A DNA stretch of 41,533 nucleotides from Candidatus Bathyarchaeota archaeon RBG_13_60_20 (GTDB lineage: Archaea > Thermoproteota > Bathyarchaeia > TCS64). Positions 18,693-27,327 of the stretch are shown here, in pieces (within the stretch, counting starts at the first letter, position 1; each line of letters opens with the position of its first letter). Made by a program: the position numbers and the translations under genes. The notes beneath the pieces are model-generated. The model worked only from the letters and a program-made list of their open reading frames with translations, ran no database searches and had not been told where the DNA came from. The DNA lies in assembly GCA_001775965.1 (NCBI GenBank), contig MEZG01000068.1, forward strand, positions 1 through 41,533, written 5' to 3'.

Positions 18693-19655
18693 TTGAGCAG
18701 CGTGGTGCAGCCATTGGGCGGTGTAGGCAGCTTGGTGGGTGGGTGCGCGTCCCTTGCGGCCCTCCTGGAGGTGTCGGCGTACCCTAAGCCTGGGAACGTG
18801 CACCGCCTTAGGGACTTCGATGGGACGCGCTACGAGCACTTCCTCGCGGGAGGAGTCTCCCTGGCCCCGTGGATGGCCGCGCTCGCCGACGAAGGCGCCC
18901 GCGTCAAGGCACAGGGCGGCGGCTGGGAAGGCATCCGACTCGGAGAGCACATACTTGGGGCGGTGGAAGACATGACGCGGTGGCAGAAGGGCGGGAACAC
19001 CCACCTGGGCGTCATCCTTCTCTTCGCGCCCGTGGCCGCTGCGGCAGGCGCCTCGCTGGAGAACGGCAGAGCGGATCCCAAGAGGCTCAGGGAGAACCTG
19101 TTGGACGCCGTGGCCGCCGCGACGCCCGGCGACGCAGCCGACATCTACAGGGCCATAGGCGCGGCTATGACCAGGGAGAACTTGGGCTCCGTTGAAAGGC
19201 TCGACGTCTCGGACTCCTCGTCCATAGACTACATACTGAGGCGGGGTGTCACGCCCCTTGAGATATTCCAGGAATGCTCGGGGCGGGACGCGATATGCGG
19301 AGAGTGGGCCACGGGCTTCAGTGTGACGTTCGAGGAGGGGTACACCTACCTGGCGGATCGGCTGCTTTCCGGCTCTGTTAACGACTCTGTAGTGGACACG
19401 TTCCTGCGCATCCTCTCAAGGCACCCTGACTCGCTGATACGGAGGAAGAGGGGGGAGGAGGCCGCGAGAGCTGTGAGCGAGAAGGCCCAGAGGGTTCTGG
19501 ACAGCGGGGGCGCCTCAAGCGACGAGGGGCGAAGGCTGCTGCTCGAATTGGACGACGAGCTTCAGGCTGGAGGGGGGGAGCTGAACCCTGGCACCTCCGC
19601 CGACCTTACGGCGTCCTCACTGTTCGTGAACCTGCTAGGCGGGTGGAGGCCCTAG
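18693..19655 (+). CDS. Triphosphoribosyl-dephospho-CoA synthase (CitG) family protein, archaeal H4MPT-linked type
   Basis: LLEVSAYPKPGNVHR, GNTHLGVILLFAP, PDSLIRRKRG and LNPGTSADLTA motifs. Confidence 0.9.
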   Translation: MSSVVQPLGGVGSLVGGCASLAALLEVSAYPKPGNVHRLRDFDGTRYEHFLAGGVSLAPWMAALADEGARVKAQGGGWEGIRLGEHILGAVEDMTRWQKGGNTHLGVILLFAPVAAAAGASLENGRADPKRLRENLLDAVAAATPGDAADIYRAIGAAMTRENLGSVERLDVSDSSSIDYILRRGVTPLEIFQECSGRDAICGEWATGFSVTFEEGYTYLADRLLSGSVNDSVVDTFLRILSRHPDSLIRRKRGEEAARAVSEKAQRVLDSGGASSDEGRRLLLELDDELQAGGGELNPGTSADLTASSLFVNLLGGWRP

Positions 19656-20083
19656 GACGAGTACTGGCGCAGGTAGTGGGGGTACGTCTCGCAGAACTCC
19701 CTGATGCCCTCCTCGGTCACAAGGCCCCTCACGGTCCTGTGCTCCTGGACCCCGAGGCAGCCGATGCCGTACTTCCTCATCACGCCTAGGGCGTCGTTCA
19801 GGGGCGTGTCTATGTCCACAGTGATGAGGGGCACCGATACCAGGTCCTTCACGAGGAGGCTGGCCTTGTCCTCGGTCTCGATGAGCCACCTCATGATGTC
19901 CTTGTTCGTTATTAGGCCGATGGGGTCCTGGTCCTCGTAGACGATGAGCGCCTCGTAGTCCTCCCCCATGAGCTTGCGGGTCACCTCGATGAGCCTATCC
20001 TCGGCCCTTGCCATTGGGGGAGCCTTGTTCATGAGGACCCTGCAGGGGAGGCCGCAGAACTCGGAGTTAAGCTGGATGCCCAT
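19652..20083 (-). CDS. CBS domain pair protein
   Basis: PIGLITNKDI, VKDLVSVPLITVDIDTPLNDALGVM and GLVTEEGI motifs. Confidence 0.85.
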   Translation of the reverse strand: MGIQLNSEFCGLPCRVLMNKAPPMARAEDRLIEVTRKLMGEDYEALIVYEDQDPIGLITNKDIMRWLIETEDKASLLVKDLVSVPLITVDIDTPLNDALGVMRKYGIGCLGVQEHRTVRGLVTEEGIREFCETYPHYLRQYSS

Positions 20084-20227
20084 ACCTTCCTCAGCAAATA
20101 CTATACTTACACGTGTTTATTTAGTTTTCAATCATGAAAACCCGTCAAATTCTCGCAAGCTGAATTTGATGTCAGGCTCACCTGAAAAAAGTTATAGCCT
20201 CAGATCCCTCACCTCTACTGATGGCTA

Positions 20228-20734
20228 TTGGACTCAGGTAGCGGCATCATGTTCGTGGGAAAGAAGACGAAGCCAAACGCGGTCTACGAGGCGATAAGGG
20301 CACATCTACCGGCTGACAGCGGCAAGGTGGTCATAGCCAGCCACAAGGGGAAGTCGGCGCTGAAGCTGGCCGAGACCCTCGGGAAGCAGGCCCAAGTGGT
20401 GAGCGTCACCGAGTTCACCTACGACGACGACACCAAGAAGGAGATGAAGAAGCTGAACGTCGTCCCCGTGGAGAAGGCCGAGCTGCCCGTACAGGACGAC
20501 AGGGGGATGAGGGAGACCCTGCTCATGTTCGGGTCGGGTGTGAAGGCAGCCCTGGAGGTGGCCACAGTCGCGTCGGGGAAGAAGCTGGTGAAAGGCGAGT
20601 TCATAGTCGTCGCGGGGGAGAAGGAGGGCTTCGACACCGTGCTGCTCCTGGACACGGAGCACCCCCAGAAGGAGCAGATATCTGACCCGCTGAAGCACAT
20701 CAAGGTGAAGAGGTTCATCGCTCTCCCTGAGTAG
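20228..20734 (+). CDS. Pyruvate kinase C-terminal-like stand-alone protein (COG1751/DUF1867-like)
   Basis: KVVIASHKGKSALKLAE, ETLLMFGSGVKAALEVA and GFDTVLLL pattern; GAAAAAAGTTATA promoter-like element ~30 bp upstream. Confidence 0.7.
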   Translation: MDSGSGIMFVGKKTKPNAVYEAIRAHLPADSGKVVIASHKGKSALKLAETLGKQAQVVSVTEFTYDDDTKKEMKKLNVVPVEKAELPVQDDRGMRETLLMFGSGVKAALEVATVASGKKLVKGEFIVVAGEKEGFDTVLLLDTEHPQKEQISDPLKHIKVKRFIALPE

Positions 20735-20820
20735 CCGCAAGGCGCAGATGTTTTATCGGCTCTCTTCAGTTGTATAGTTGGCTTATCTTGTCAGACGTAA
20801 GCAAAACCGTTTCAGGCTCC

Positions 20821-21081
20821 ATGGAGGAGACCAAGGAGAGGCACAGGAGGTACCTTAGGGCCATCAATAGCCCCGTCAGGAGGGGAATCCTACGCGCGCT
20901 GAAGGAGGGACACGCAACGGCGGAGGCTCTGGTAAAGGCTACTGGCCTGGACGGCAAGACCCTGGGCTGGCACATGAAGCTCCTCGAGTACGGGTACTGC
21001 GTCGAGGCTAGGAGCACCGCCGAGGGAGAGGTCTACGTCTTGACCAGGGAGGGTGAAGTCGTGGACTTCATGGACAGGTAG
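20821..21081 (+). CDS. Small winged helix-turn-helix (ArsR-like) transcriptional regulator
   Basis: HRRYLRAINSPVRRGILRALKEG...TGLDGKTLGWHMKLLE...YVLTREG; ATG 20821 (alternative TTG 20770). Confidence 0.85.
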   Translation: MEETKERHRRYLRAINSPVRRGILRALKEGHATAEALVKATGLDGKTLGWHMKLLEYGYCVEARSTAEGEVYVLTREGEVVDFMDR

Positions 21082-21109
21082 TCACCGAGTAGCGAGCCTC
21101 AGACTGATT

Positions 21110-21193
21110 ACATAACACGCATTATGTGCTACAATTAACATAAAATCTGCTACTTATGACACCGCAGATGTTTTTAGGTGCGGTAAAGCATCT
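21110..21193. promoter_or_regulatory. Putative operator/promoter region of the mch-fwd operon with inverted repeats
   Basis: ACATAA-N6-TTATGT (21110-21127), CATAA-N10-TTATG (21139-21158) and ACCGCA-N12-TGCGGT (21161-21184) enclosing TTTTTA; AT-rich relative to the coding DNA. Confidence 0.5.
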
Positions 21194-21211
21194 CTGATAG
21201 GTGTCCTAATC

Positions 21212-22159
21212 GTGCTGAGCGTCAACAGGCTGGCATACGAGCTTGTGTCGGAACTTGTCAAGAGGAAGGAGTACTACAGGGTAGAGGTCGATAAGCTGCC
21301 GTCGGGGGCCACCGTGGTAGACACGGGGGTGGAGGCCCACGGCGGATACGAGGCGGGCCTCATGGTCACCCGCATAGCCATGGGAGGGGCCGGGAGCGCG
21401 CACCTCTCGTATGCAGACTACGGCGGGGTCGGGCTGCCCTCGGTGGTGGTCTCCACGGACTGCCCGGCTGTAGCTCTCTTCGGGGCCCAGCTTGCTGGGT
21501 GGAAGATAAAGCCTGAGGGGTACTCGGCGGACAGCTCGGGCCCGGCCCGCGCGCTGGCCCTGAAGCCCAAGGAGGTGTACCAGAAGATAGGCTACAGGGA
21601 CGAGTCGGACGTGGCCGTCATCCTGCTGGAGACCGAGGAGAAGCCCCCGGACTCGGCGGCCCACTACATAGCCGAGAGGTGCAACGTGAAGCCCGAGAAC
21701 GTGTACATGGTCCTCACCTCCACCAGGTCCATGGCGGGGATGGTGCAGATATCGGGCAGGATAGTCGAGACAGGGCTCTTCAGGCTCGACGTGCTAGGCC
21801 TGGACCCCAAGAAGGTGCTTTACGGGGCGGGGTACGCGCCTATCATGCCGGTCCACGTAGACGCGGGGAAGGCCATGGGCAGGGCCGAGGATGCCCTGAC
21901 TTACGGTGGGGTCACCACGTACTTGGTGGATGAGGCCGAGGACAAGCTCAGGGAGGTCGCCGAGAAGGCGCCCAGCAGCAACTGCAAGGACTACGGCAAG
22001 ACCAGCTACGAAATCTACAAGGCCGTGGACTTCGACTTCACCAGGATCGACCCGGCCCTCTTCGCCCCCGCGGCCATATCCCTGACCTCTGCCCAGACCG
22101 GGGCGACCTTCACCTACGGCAAGGTCAACGACCGTATAATCTTACATTCATTGAAGTAG
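21212..22159 (+). CDS. mch: Methenyltetrahydromethanopterin cyclohydrolase
   Basis: LSVNRLA, GAQLAGW, SGPARALALKPKE, VQISGRIVETG, SSNCKDYGK and DFTRIDPALFAPA motifs. Confidence 0.96.
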   Translation: MLSVNRLAYELVSELVKRKEYYRVEVDKLPSGATVVDTGVEAHGGYEAGLMVTRIAMGGAGSAHLSYADYGGVGLPSVVVSTDCPAVALFGAQLAGWKIKPEGYSADSSGPARALALKPKEVYQKIGYRDESDVAVILLETEEKPPDSAAHYIAERCNVKPENVYMVLTSTRSMAGMVQISGRIVETGLFRLDVLGLDPKKVLYGAGYAPIMPVHVDAGKAMGRAEDALTYGGVTTYLVDEAEDKLREVAEKAPSSNCKDYGKTSYEIYKAVDFDFTRIDPALFAPAAISLTSAQTGATFTYGKVNDRIILHSLK

Positions 22160-22163
22160 ATCG

Positions 22164-22571
22164 GTGTCTGAGATGAACGGGATCGAGGTTACACTGATTT
22201 CGGGGAGGACGGCGAGGCAGGGCATAGGCCTGGAAGAGGGCAAGACGTCCCAGGGCTACATCAAGAGCGTTAATGAGGTTAGCCTGTGCCCAGAGGACGC
22301 AGCGAGCCTGGGCCTCAGCGGGGACGAACCTGTGACGGTGGCCACGGAGCACGGCAGCGTGGTGGCGCACTGGAGGGTGGACAAAGGGCTGGCCCGGGGA
22401 ACCGCGTTCTTCCCCTACGGGCCGTGGGCCAACCAGGTGTACGCGTCGTCCACGGACGGCACCGGCATGCCCCAGTTCAAGGGGATAAGGGCCACCCTAT
22501 CCCCAGCCGCGGGCGGCAAGGTGCCGTCACTCCAGGAGATCGTGGAGTCCATGAGGAGAGCGGAGCATTGA
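22164..22571 (+). CDS. fwdD: Formylmethanofuran dehydrogenase subunit D (molybdopterin dinucleotide binding)
   Basis: LISGRTARQG, FFPYGPWAN and TDGTGMPQFKGI motifs. Confidence 0.93.
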   Translation: MSEMNGIEVTLISGRTARQGIGLEEGKTSQGYIKSVNEVSLCPEDAASLGLSGDEPVTVATEHGSVVAHWRVDKGLARGTAFFPYGPWANQVYASSTDGTGMPQFKGIRATLSPAAGGKVPSLQEIVESMRRAEH

Positions 22572-23854
22572 AGCACGAGGACGTGGTCTGCCCCTTCTGC
22601 GGGTGCCTGTGCGACGACCTGGAGGTGACCGTGGAGGACGGCCACATCGTGGGCGTCAAGAACGCGTGCGGCATATCCCGGTCCAAGTTCATGAGCCACG
22701 GCCTCAACCGGGTCTCCGCCCCCACAGTGGAGGGGAAGGAGGCCTCGCTCGAAGAGGCCGTGAGGGAGTCGGTGGGTATACTCTCAGGAGCCAGGAGGCC
22801 CCTGGTTTACGGCCTCAGCTCCACGGAGTGCGGCGCCATCAGCAAGGCGGTCGAGCTGGCGGAGGCCACGGGCGGCGTCCTGGACAACACCTCGTCCGTG
22901 TGCCATGGCCCCACGATACTGGCCCTCCAGCAGGTGGGCGAGAGCAAGGCGACCCTGGGCGAGATCAGGAACAGGGCCGACCTCATCATCTTCTGGGGGA
23001 GCAACCCCACGGAGGCCCACCTGCGCCACATCACAAGGTACAGCGGGACGGCTAAGGGCATGTACGTGCCTGAGGGCAGGAAGGGCCGCAGGATCATAGT
23101 GGTCGACGTCAGGGAGACGGGCACCTCGAAGATGGCCGATCAGTTCATCAAGGTGGAGCCCAACGGGGACTTCGAGTTGCTCGAGGCGCTGAGGGCTACG
23201 GTTAGGGGCGTGGCGCTGCGGGCGGAGGCCGTGGCGGGGGTGCCCATGGACCAGGTCAGGGCGCTGGCCGAGGTCATGAAGGGGGCCAGGTTCGGGGTCG
23301 TGTTCTTCGGGCTGGGGCTCACCCAGAGCGAGGGCAGGCACATGAACATAGACGCGGCCGTCGGCCTGGTGGCCGAGCTGAACAGGCACACCAAGTTCCT
23401 GCTCACCCCCATGAGGGGCCACTACAACGTGGCGGGGGCCAATGCGGTGACCACCTGGCAGACGGGGTACCCCTACGCGGTGGATTTTAGCCGTGGCTAC
23501 CCCAGGTACAACCCGGGGGAGTACACCTCGGTGGACATGCTGGCCAGGGGCGAGGCCGACGCGGCCCTGGTGCTGGCCTCGGACCCGGCGTCCACGTTCC
23601 CCGTGGACGCTGCCAGGGGCTTGGCCAAGATACCGGTGATCACCCTTGAGCAGAAGATCACTCCCACATCCATGCTGAGCAGGGTGGTGATACCGGTGGC
23701 CACCGCGGGCATAGAGGCCGAGGGAACGGCCTACAGGATGGACGGGGTCCCCATAAGGCTGAGGAAGCTGGTGGAGCCCACTGAGGGGGTCCACTCGGAC
23801 GAGGAGGTGCTCGGGATGATCCTTGAGGGGCTTAAGGGAGGCGCCGAGAAGTGA
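22568..23854 (+). CDS. fwdB: Formylmethanofuran dehydrogenase subunit B (W/Mo-pterin, Cys-ligated)
   Basis: TTG 22568 overlaps the fwdD stop (TTGA); CPFCGCLCDD, SSVCHGP, TLGEIRNRAD, PMRGHYNVAG and GTAYRMDGVP motifs. Confidence 0.96.
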   Translation: MKHEDVVCPFCGCLCDDLEVTVEDGHIVGVKNACGISRSKFMSHGLNRVSAPTVEGKEASLEEAVRESVGILSGARRPLVYGLSSTECGAISKAVELAEATGGVLDNTSSVCHGPTILALQQVGESKATLGEIRNRADLIIFWGSNPTEAHLRHITRYSGTAKGMYVPEGRKGRRIIVVDVRETGTSKMADQFIKVEPNGDFELLEALRATVRGVALRAEAVAGVPMDQVRALAEVMKGARFGVVFFGLGLTQSEGRHMNIDAAVGLVAELNRHTKFLLTPMRGHYNVAGANAVTTWQTGYPYAVDFSRGYPRYNPGEYTSVDMLARGEADAALVLASDPASTFPVDAARGLAKIPVITLEQKITPTSMLSRVVIPVATAGIEAEGTAYRMDGVPIRLRKLVEPTEGVHSDEEVLGMILEGLKGGAEK

Positions 23855-25554
23855 AGGAGCTTGCGATCAGGAACGGCTACGTCTTCGACCCTCTGAACGG
23901 CGTCGACGGCGAGAAGATGGACATCCTCCTCAGCGGGGGCAGGGTCGTTGAGAAGGTGAAGCGCGGCGCCGAGGAGATTGACGCCTCGGGGATGGCGGTG
24001 ATGCCCGGCGGCGTGGACCTCCACAGCCACATCGCGGGCAGCAAGATCAACATCGGGCGCCTCATGAGACCCGAGGACCACAGGAGGGACCAGGTGCCCA
24101 AGGGCAGGGTCACCCGGAGCGGCGTGGGCTACAGCTGCCCCAGCACCTTCGTCACCGGGTACAGGTACGCACAGATGGGTTACACAACGGTCATGGAGGC
24201 GGCCATGCCGCCCATAACAGCCAGGCACGTCCACGAGGAGCTGGCCGACACCCCCATCATAGACAAGGGCGCCTTCACCCTCATGGGCAACAACTACTTC
24301 ACCCTCAAGTACGTCCGCGACGGCGACATGGAGAAGCTGAAGGCCTTTGTCGCCTGGCTGCTCCGGGCCACCCGCGGCTACGCCGTCAAGATTGTGAACC
24401 CGGGCGGCGTGGAGAACTGGAAGTGGGGCCGCAACGTCCACGGCCTGGACGGCAACGTGGAGGACTACGGCATCACGCCTAGGCAGATCATATCCAGCCT
24501 GGCAAGGGTGAACGAGGAGCTGGGCCTGCCCCACACCATCCACCTCCACTGCAACAACCTGGGGGTGCCCGGCAATTACCAGACCACCATCGACACCATG
24601 GACGTGGCCAAGACGATTAAACCCAGGGACGAGAGGAAGACGACCATACACGTCGTCCACTGCCAGTTCAACGCCCTGGCGGGCAACAACTGGATGAACG
24701 TCAGGTCGGGAGCCCCCAAGATAGCCAGGTACGTGAATGGGAACCCCCACGTGACCTTGGACCTGGGCCAGGTCATCTTCGGGGACACCACAACAATGAC
24801 TGGGGACGGCCCCTGGCAGTTCAACCTCTGGAACATGACGGGCAACAAGTGGGTCAACAGCGACGTGGAGATGGAGGCGGGGGCCGGCGTAGTCCCCTAC
24901 ACGTTCAAACCAAACAACCCGGCCAACAGCGTCCAGTGGGGCATAGGCATCGAGCTGGCCCTCCTGGTGAAGGACCCATGGAGGGTCTATATGACCACAG
25001 ACCACCCCAACGGGGGTCCCTTCACCCACTACCCCGAGGTCATCGCGTGGCTGATGAGCAGGAAGGCCAGGACCGACGCAATGAACGCCATGAACAAGGC
25101 GGTGATGAAGCGCACCGGCCTCATAGACAATTACAGGGAGTACACGTTCAGCGAGATGGCCATAGCCACCAGGGCCGGCACGGCAAGGGCGCTTGGCCTG
25201 GAGGGCAAGGGCCACCTGGGGCAGGGGGCCGACGCGGACGCCGCCGTTTACAGGGTCAACCCCACCCAATGGCGCCCCAGCCAGTATAAGGAGCTGGAGA
25301 AGGCTTTCAGCAGGGCGGCCTACACAGTCAAGGCTGGCGAGGTCGTGGTCAAGGACGGCGAGGTCGTGGCGACCCCCACGGGGGCCACCCACTGGGTGAA
25401 CGCCAAGGTACCCGAGGACCTCGAGAAAGAGTTCATAAAGGACTTCGAGGCCGATTTCCGGAAGTACTACTCCGTCAGCCTGCGCAACTACCCAGTGGAG
25501 GACGCGTACCTGCCGGCTCAGAGGGTCCACGCGGCGGGAGGTGCCTCGCCGTGA
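23851..25554 (+). CDS. fwdA: Formylmethanofuran dehydrogenase subunit A (amidohydrolase)
   Basis: VDLHSHIAG, RPEDH, GYRYAQMGYTT, VKIVNPGG, HLHCNNLG and TTDHPNGGPF motifs. Confidence 0.97.
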   Translation: MKELAIRNGYVFDPLNGVDGEKMDILLSGGRVVEKVKRGAEEIDASGMAVMPGGVDLHSHIAGSKINIGRLMRPEDHRRDQVPKGRVTRSGVGYSCPSTFVTGYRYAQMGYTTVMEAAMPPITARHVHEELADTPIIDKGAFTLMGNNYFTLKYVRDGDMEKLKAFVAWLLRATRGYAVKIVNPGGVENWKWGRNVHGLDGNVEDYGITPRQIISSLARVNEELGLPHTIHLHCNNLGVPGNYQTTIDTMDVAKTIKPRDERKTTIHVVHCQFNALAGNNWMNVRSGAPKIARYVNGNPHVTLDLGQVIFGDTTTMTGDGPWQFNLWNMTGNKWVNSDVEMEAGAGVVPYTFKPNNPANSVQWGIGIELALLVKDPWRVYMTTDHPNGGPFTHYPEVIAWLMSRKARTDAMNAMNKAVMKRTGLIDNYREYTFSEMAIATRAGTARALGLEGKGHLGQGADADAAVYRVNPTQWRPSQYKELEKAFSRAAYTVKAGEVVVKDGEVVATPTGATHWVNAKVPEDLEKEFIKDFEADFRKYYSVSLRNYPVEDAYLPAQRVHAAGGASP

Positions 25555-26477
25555 GCTTCAAGCACAACGGGGTGGACGTCGAGGACACCTTCGCGGAGGG
25601 CTTCGGCATGTGGGGTAGCCGCATCATCATAACGGCCGCGTCCGAGAGGTGGGCCACCACAGCCGCCGGCTCTATGACGGGGTTCGCCACCAGTGTCATC
25701 GCATGCGACTGCGAGGCCGGCGTGGAGTCTTCGGTAGCGCCGGACAGTACCCCCGATGGGCGCCCCGGCGTCGCCGTCATGGTTTACGGGTTCAGCAAGG
25801 GCAAGCTGTCCGAGAGCATGTTGAGCCGGATGGGCCAGTGTGTCCTCACATGCCCCAGCACGGCCGTGTTCAATGGACTGCCGGAGGAGGAGGCCGACGA
25901 GATGCTAGACATCGGGAAGAGCCTCAGGTTCTTCGGGGACGGGTACCAGGTCAAGATGAGGATGGGGGACGGCTGGCACCAGAGGCGCCGCTTCTGGAGG
26001 ATACCCGTCATGGAGGGCGAGTTCCTGGTGGAGGAGAAGATGGGGGCCAAGAAAGCGGTGGCCGGGGGCAACTTCCTGGTGATGGGAGAGACACAGGACG
26101 CGGTCCTGAGGGCAGCTGAGGCGTCCATAGACGCCATCCACACGGTGCCCGGCGTGGTAACGCCGTTCCCCGGCGGCCTCTGCAGGAGCGGCAGCAAGGT
26201 GGGCTCCACATACAAGTTCCTGAAGGCGGCCACCAACACGCCCTTCTGCCCTACCATAAAGAACAGTGTCAAGGGCAGCAAGGTGCCGTCGGGCGCCAAC
26301 TCGGTCATCGAGGTGGTGATCAACGGTCTCAACGAGGCGTCTGTGAAGCGGGCCATGGGGGTGGGCGTGGACGCCGCCACCAGGGTTCCGGGTGTCACAT
26401 GGATCACGGCGGTCAACTTCGACGGCAAGCTGGGGAAGTTCAAGATGGGGCTGAGGGACAGCCTGGAGGCGATCTGA
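25551..26477 (+). CDS. ftr: Formylmethanofuran--tetrahydromethanopterin N-formyltransferase
   Basis: EDTFAEGF, TGFATSVIACDCEAG, TPDGRPG, GQCVLTCPSTA, FFGDG, RIPVMEGEF and RSGSKVGS motifs. Confidence 0.97.
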   Translation: MSFKHNGVDVEDTFAEGFGMWGSRIIITAASERWATTAAGSMTGFATSVIACDCEAGVESSVAPDSTPDGRPGVAVMVYGFSKGKLSESMLSRMGQCVLTCPSTAVFNGLPEEEADEMLDIGKSLRFFGDGYQVKMRMGDGWHQRRRFWRIPVMEGEFLVEEKMGAKKAVAGGNFLVMGETQDAVLRAAEASIDAIHTVPGVVTPFPGGLCRSGSKVGSTYKFLKAATNTPFCPTIKNSVKGSKVPSGANSVIEVVINGLNEASVKRAMGVGVDAATRVPGVTWITAVNFDGKLGKFKMGLRDSLEAI

Positions 26478-26478
26478 T

Positions 26479-27327
26479 ATGGATAAGCTGGTGCTAACGC
26501 CTAGGGGATTCAGCAGAGTACCCTTGGAGGCGGAGGTGATAACGCCAGACGCCTTCGCCGGCAAGTCCGTAAAGGAGATTAGGGCCCTGAGGGTCCACTA
26601 CGGCAACAGGGAGGTGGAGATGAGCGAGTATATCCATGTCCAGGGTAAGGTGGCCGACGCCCCGGTCGACCAGCTCATCGTCGTCGACGGGGACGCAAGG
26701 CACATCAAGTATATCGGCAGGGGGATGACCGCGGGTCGAATAGTGGTCCAGGGCGACGCCGGTATGCACACGGGCTCCCAGATGAGCGGCGGGGACATAA
26801 CTGTGGCGGGAGACGCAGGCGACTGGACCGGCGCCGAGATGAGGGGCGGCCTCCTCAGGGTGCTGGGCGACGCCGGGAACCTCCTAGGCGCCGCGTACAG
26901 GGGCAGCAGCGAGGGCATGACCGGCGGATGCATAATTGTCAACGGCAGCGCCGGTTCCGAGGTCGGCAGCTTCATGAGGAGAGGCATGATGGTGGTTGAG
27001 GGCGCCACTGGTCCCTTCACAGGCGTACATATGAACGGCGGCGAGATATTCGTCTTCGGCCCCCTGGGCAGGCGCGCCGGGGCCCAGGCCAAGGGCAACG
27101 GCGGCTTCATAGCGGCCCTCGGCGGCGCCCGGGAGGTGTTACCCACCTACGTCTACGAGGCCACCTACGCCCCCGGCTTCATGACGCTCTACATGAGGCA
27201 GCTGGCAGAGAACCTGGGCGTCAAACACGCCGCCAGGTACATCGGGGAGCCCCTCAGGAGGTACAGGGGCGACATGGCCATCGGCGGTAGCGCCGAGATA
27301 CTGGTCGCCGAGAAGGGGGCCCCTTGA
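26479..27327 (+). CDS. fwdC: Formylmethanofuran dehydrogenase subunit C (beta-helix)
   Basis: PLEAEVITPD, repeated GxxMxGG motifs and LGAAYRGSSEGMTGG. Confidence 0.95.
   Translation: MDKLVLTPRGFSRVPLEAEVITPDAFAGKSVKEIRALRVHYGNREVEMSEYIHVQGKVADAPVDQLIVVDGDARHIKYIGRGMTAGRIVVQGDAGMHTGSQMSGGDITVAGDAGDWTGAEMRGGLLRVLGDAGNLLGAAYRGSSEGMTGGCIIVNGSAGSEVGSFMRRGMMVVEGATGPFTGVHMNGGEIFVFGPLGRRAGAQAKGNGGFIAALGGAREVLPTYVYEATYAPGFMTLYMRQLAENLGVKHAARYIGEPLRRYRGDMAIGGSAEILVAEKGAP

Noticed and set aside
22286-22567. N-terminal extension of FwdB in the ORF track
   Set aside because: Off-frame overlap with fwdD; the TTG at 22568 gives a typical FwdB N-terminus with TTGA coupling
22890-22915. Possible selenocysteine in the FwdB active site
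   Set aside because: The codon is TGC (SVCHGP); there is no in-frame TGA in fwdB
23731-25530. 599-aa antisense ORF opposite fwdA (and similar ones at 22784-23794, 34103-34999, 30897-31748, 7804-8550)
   Set aside because: Expected shadow ORFs from high GC3 codon bias; no recognisable motifs
26700-27110. Repetitive GGC-rich sequence in fwdC
   Set aside because: Reflects the normal GxxMxGG beta-helix repeats, not a DNA repeat element
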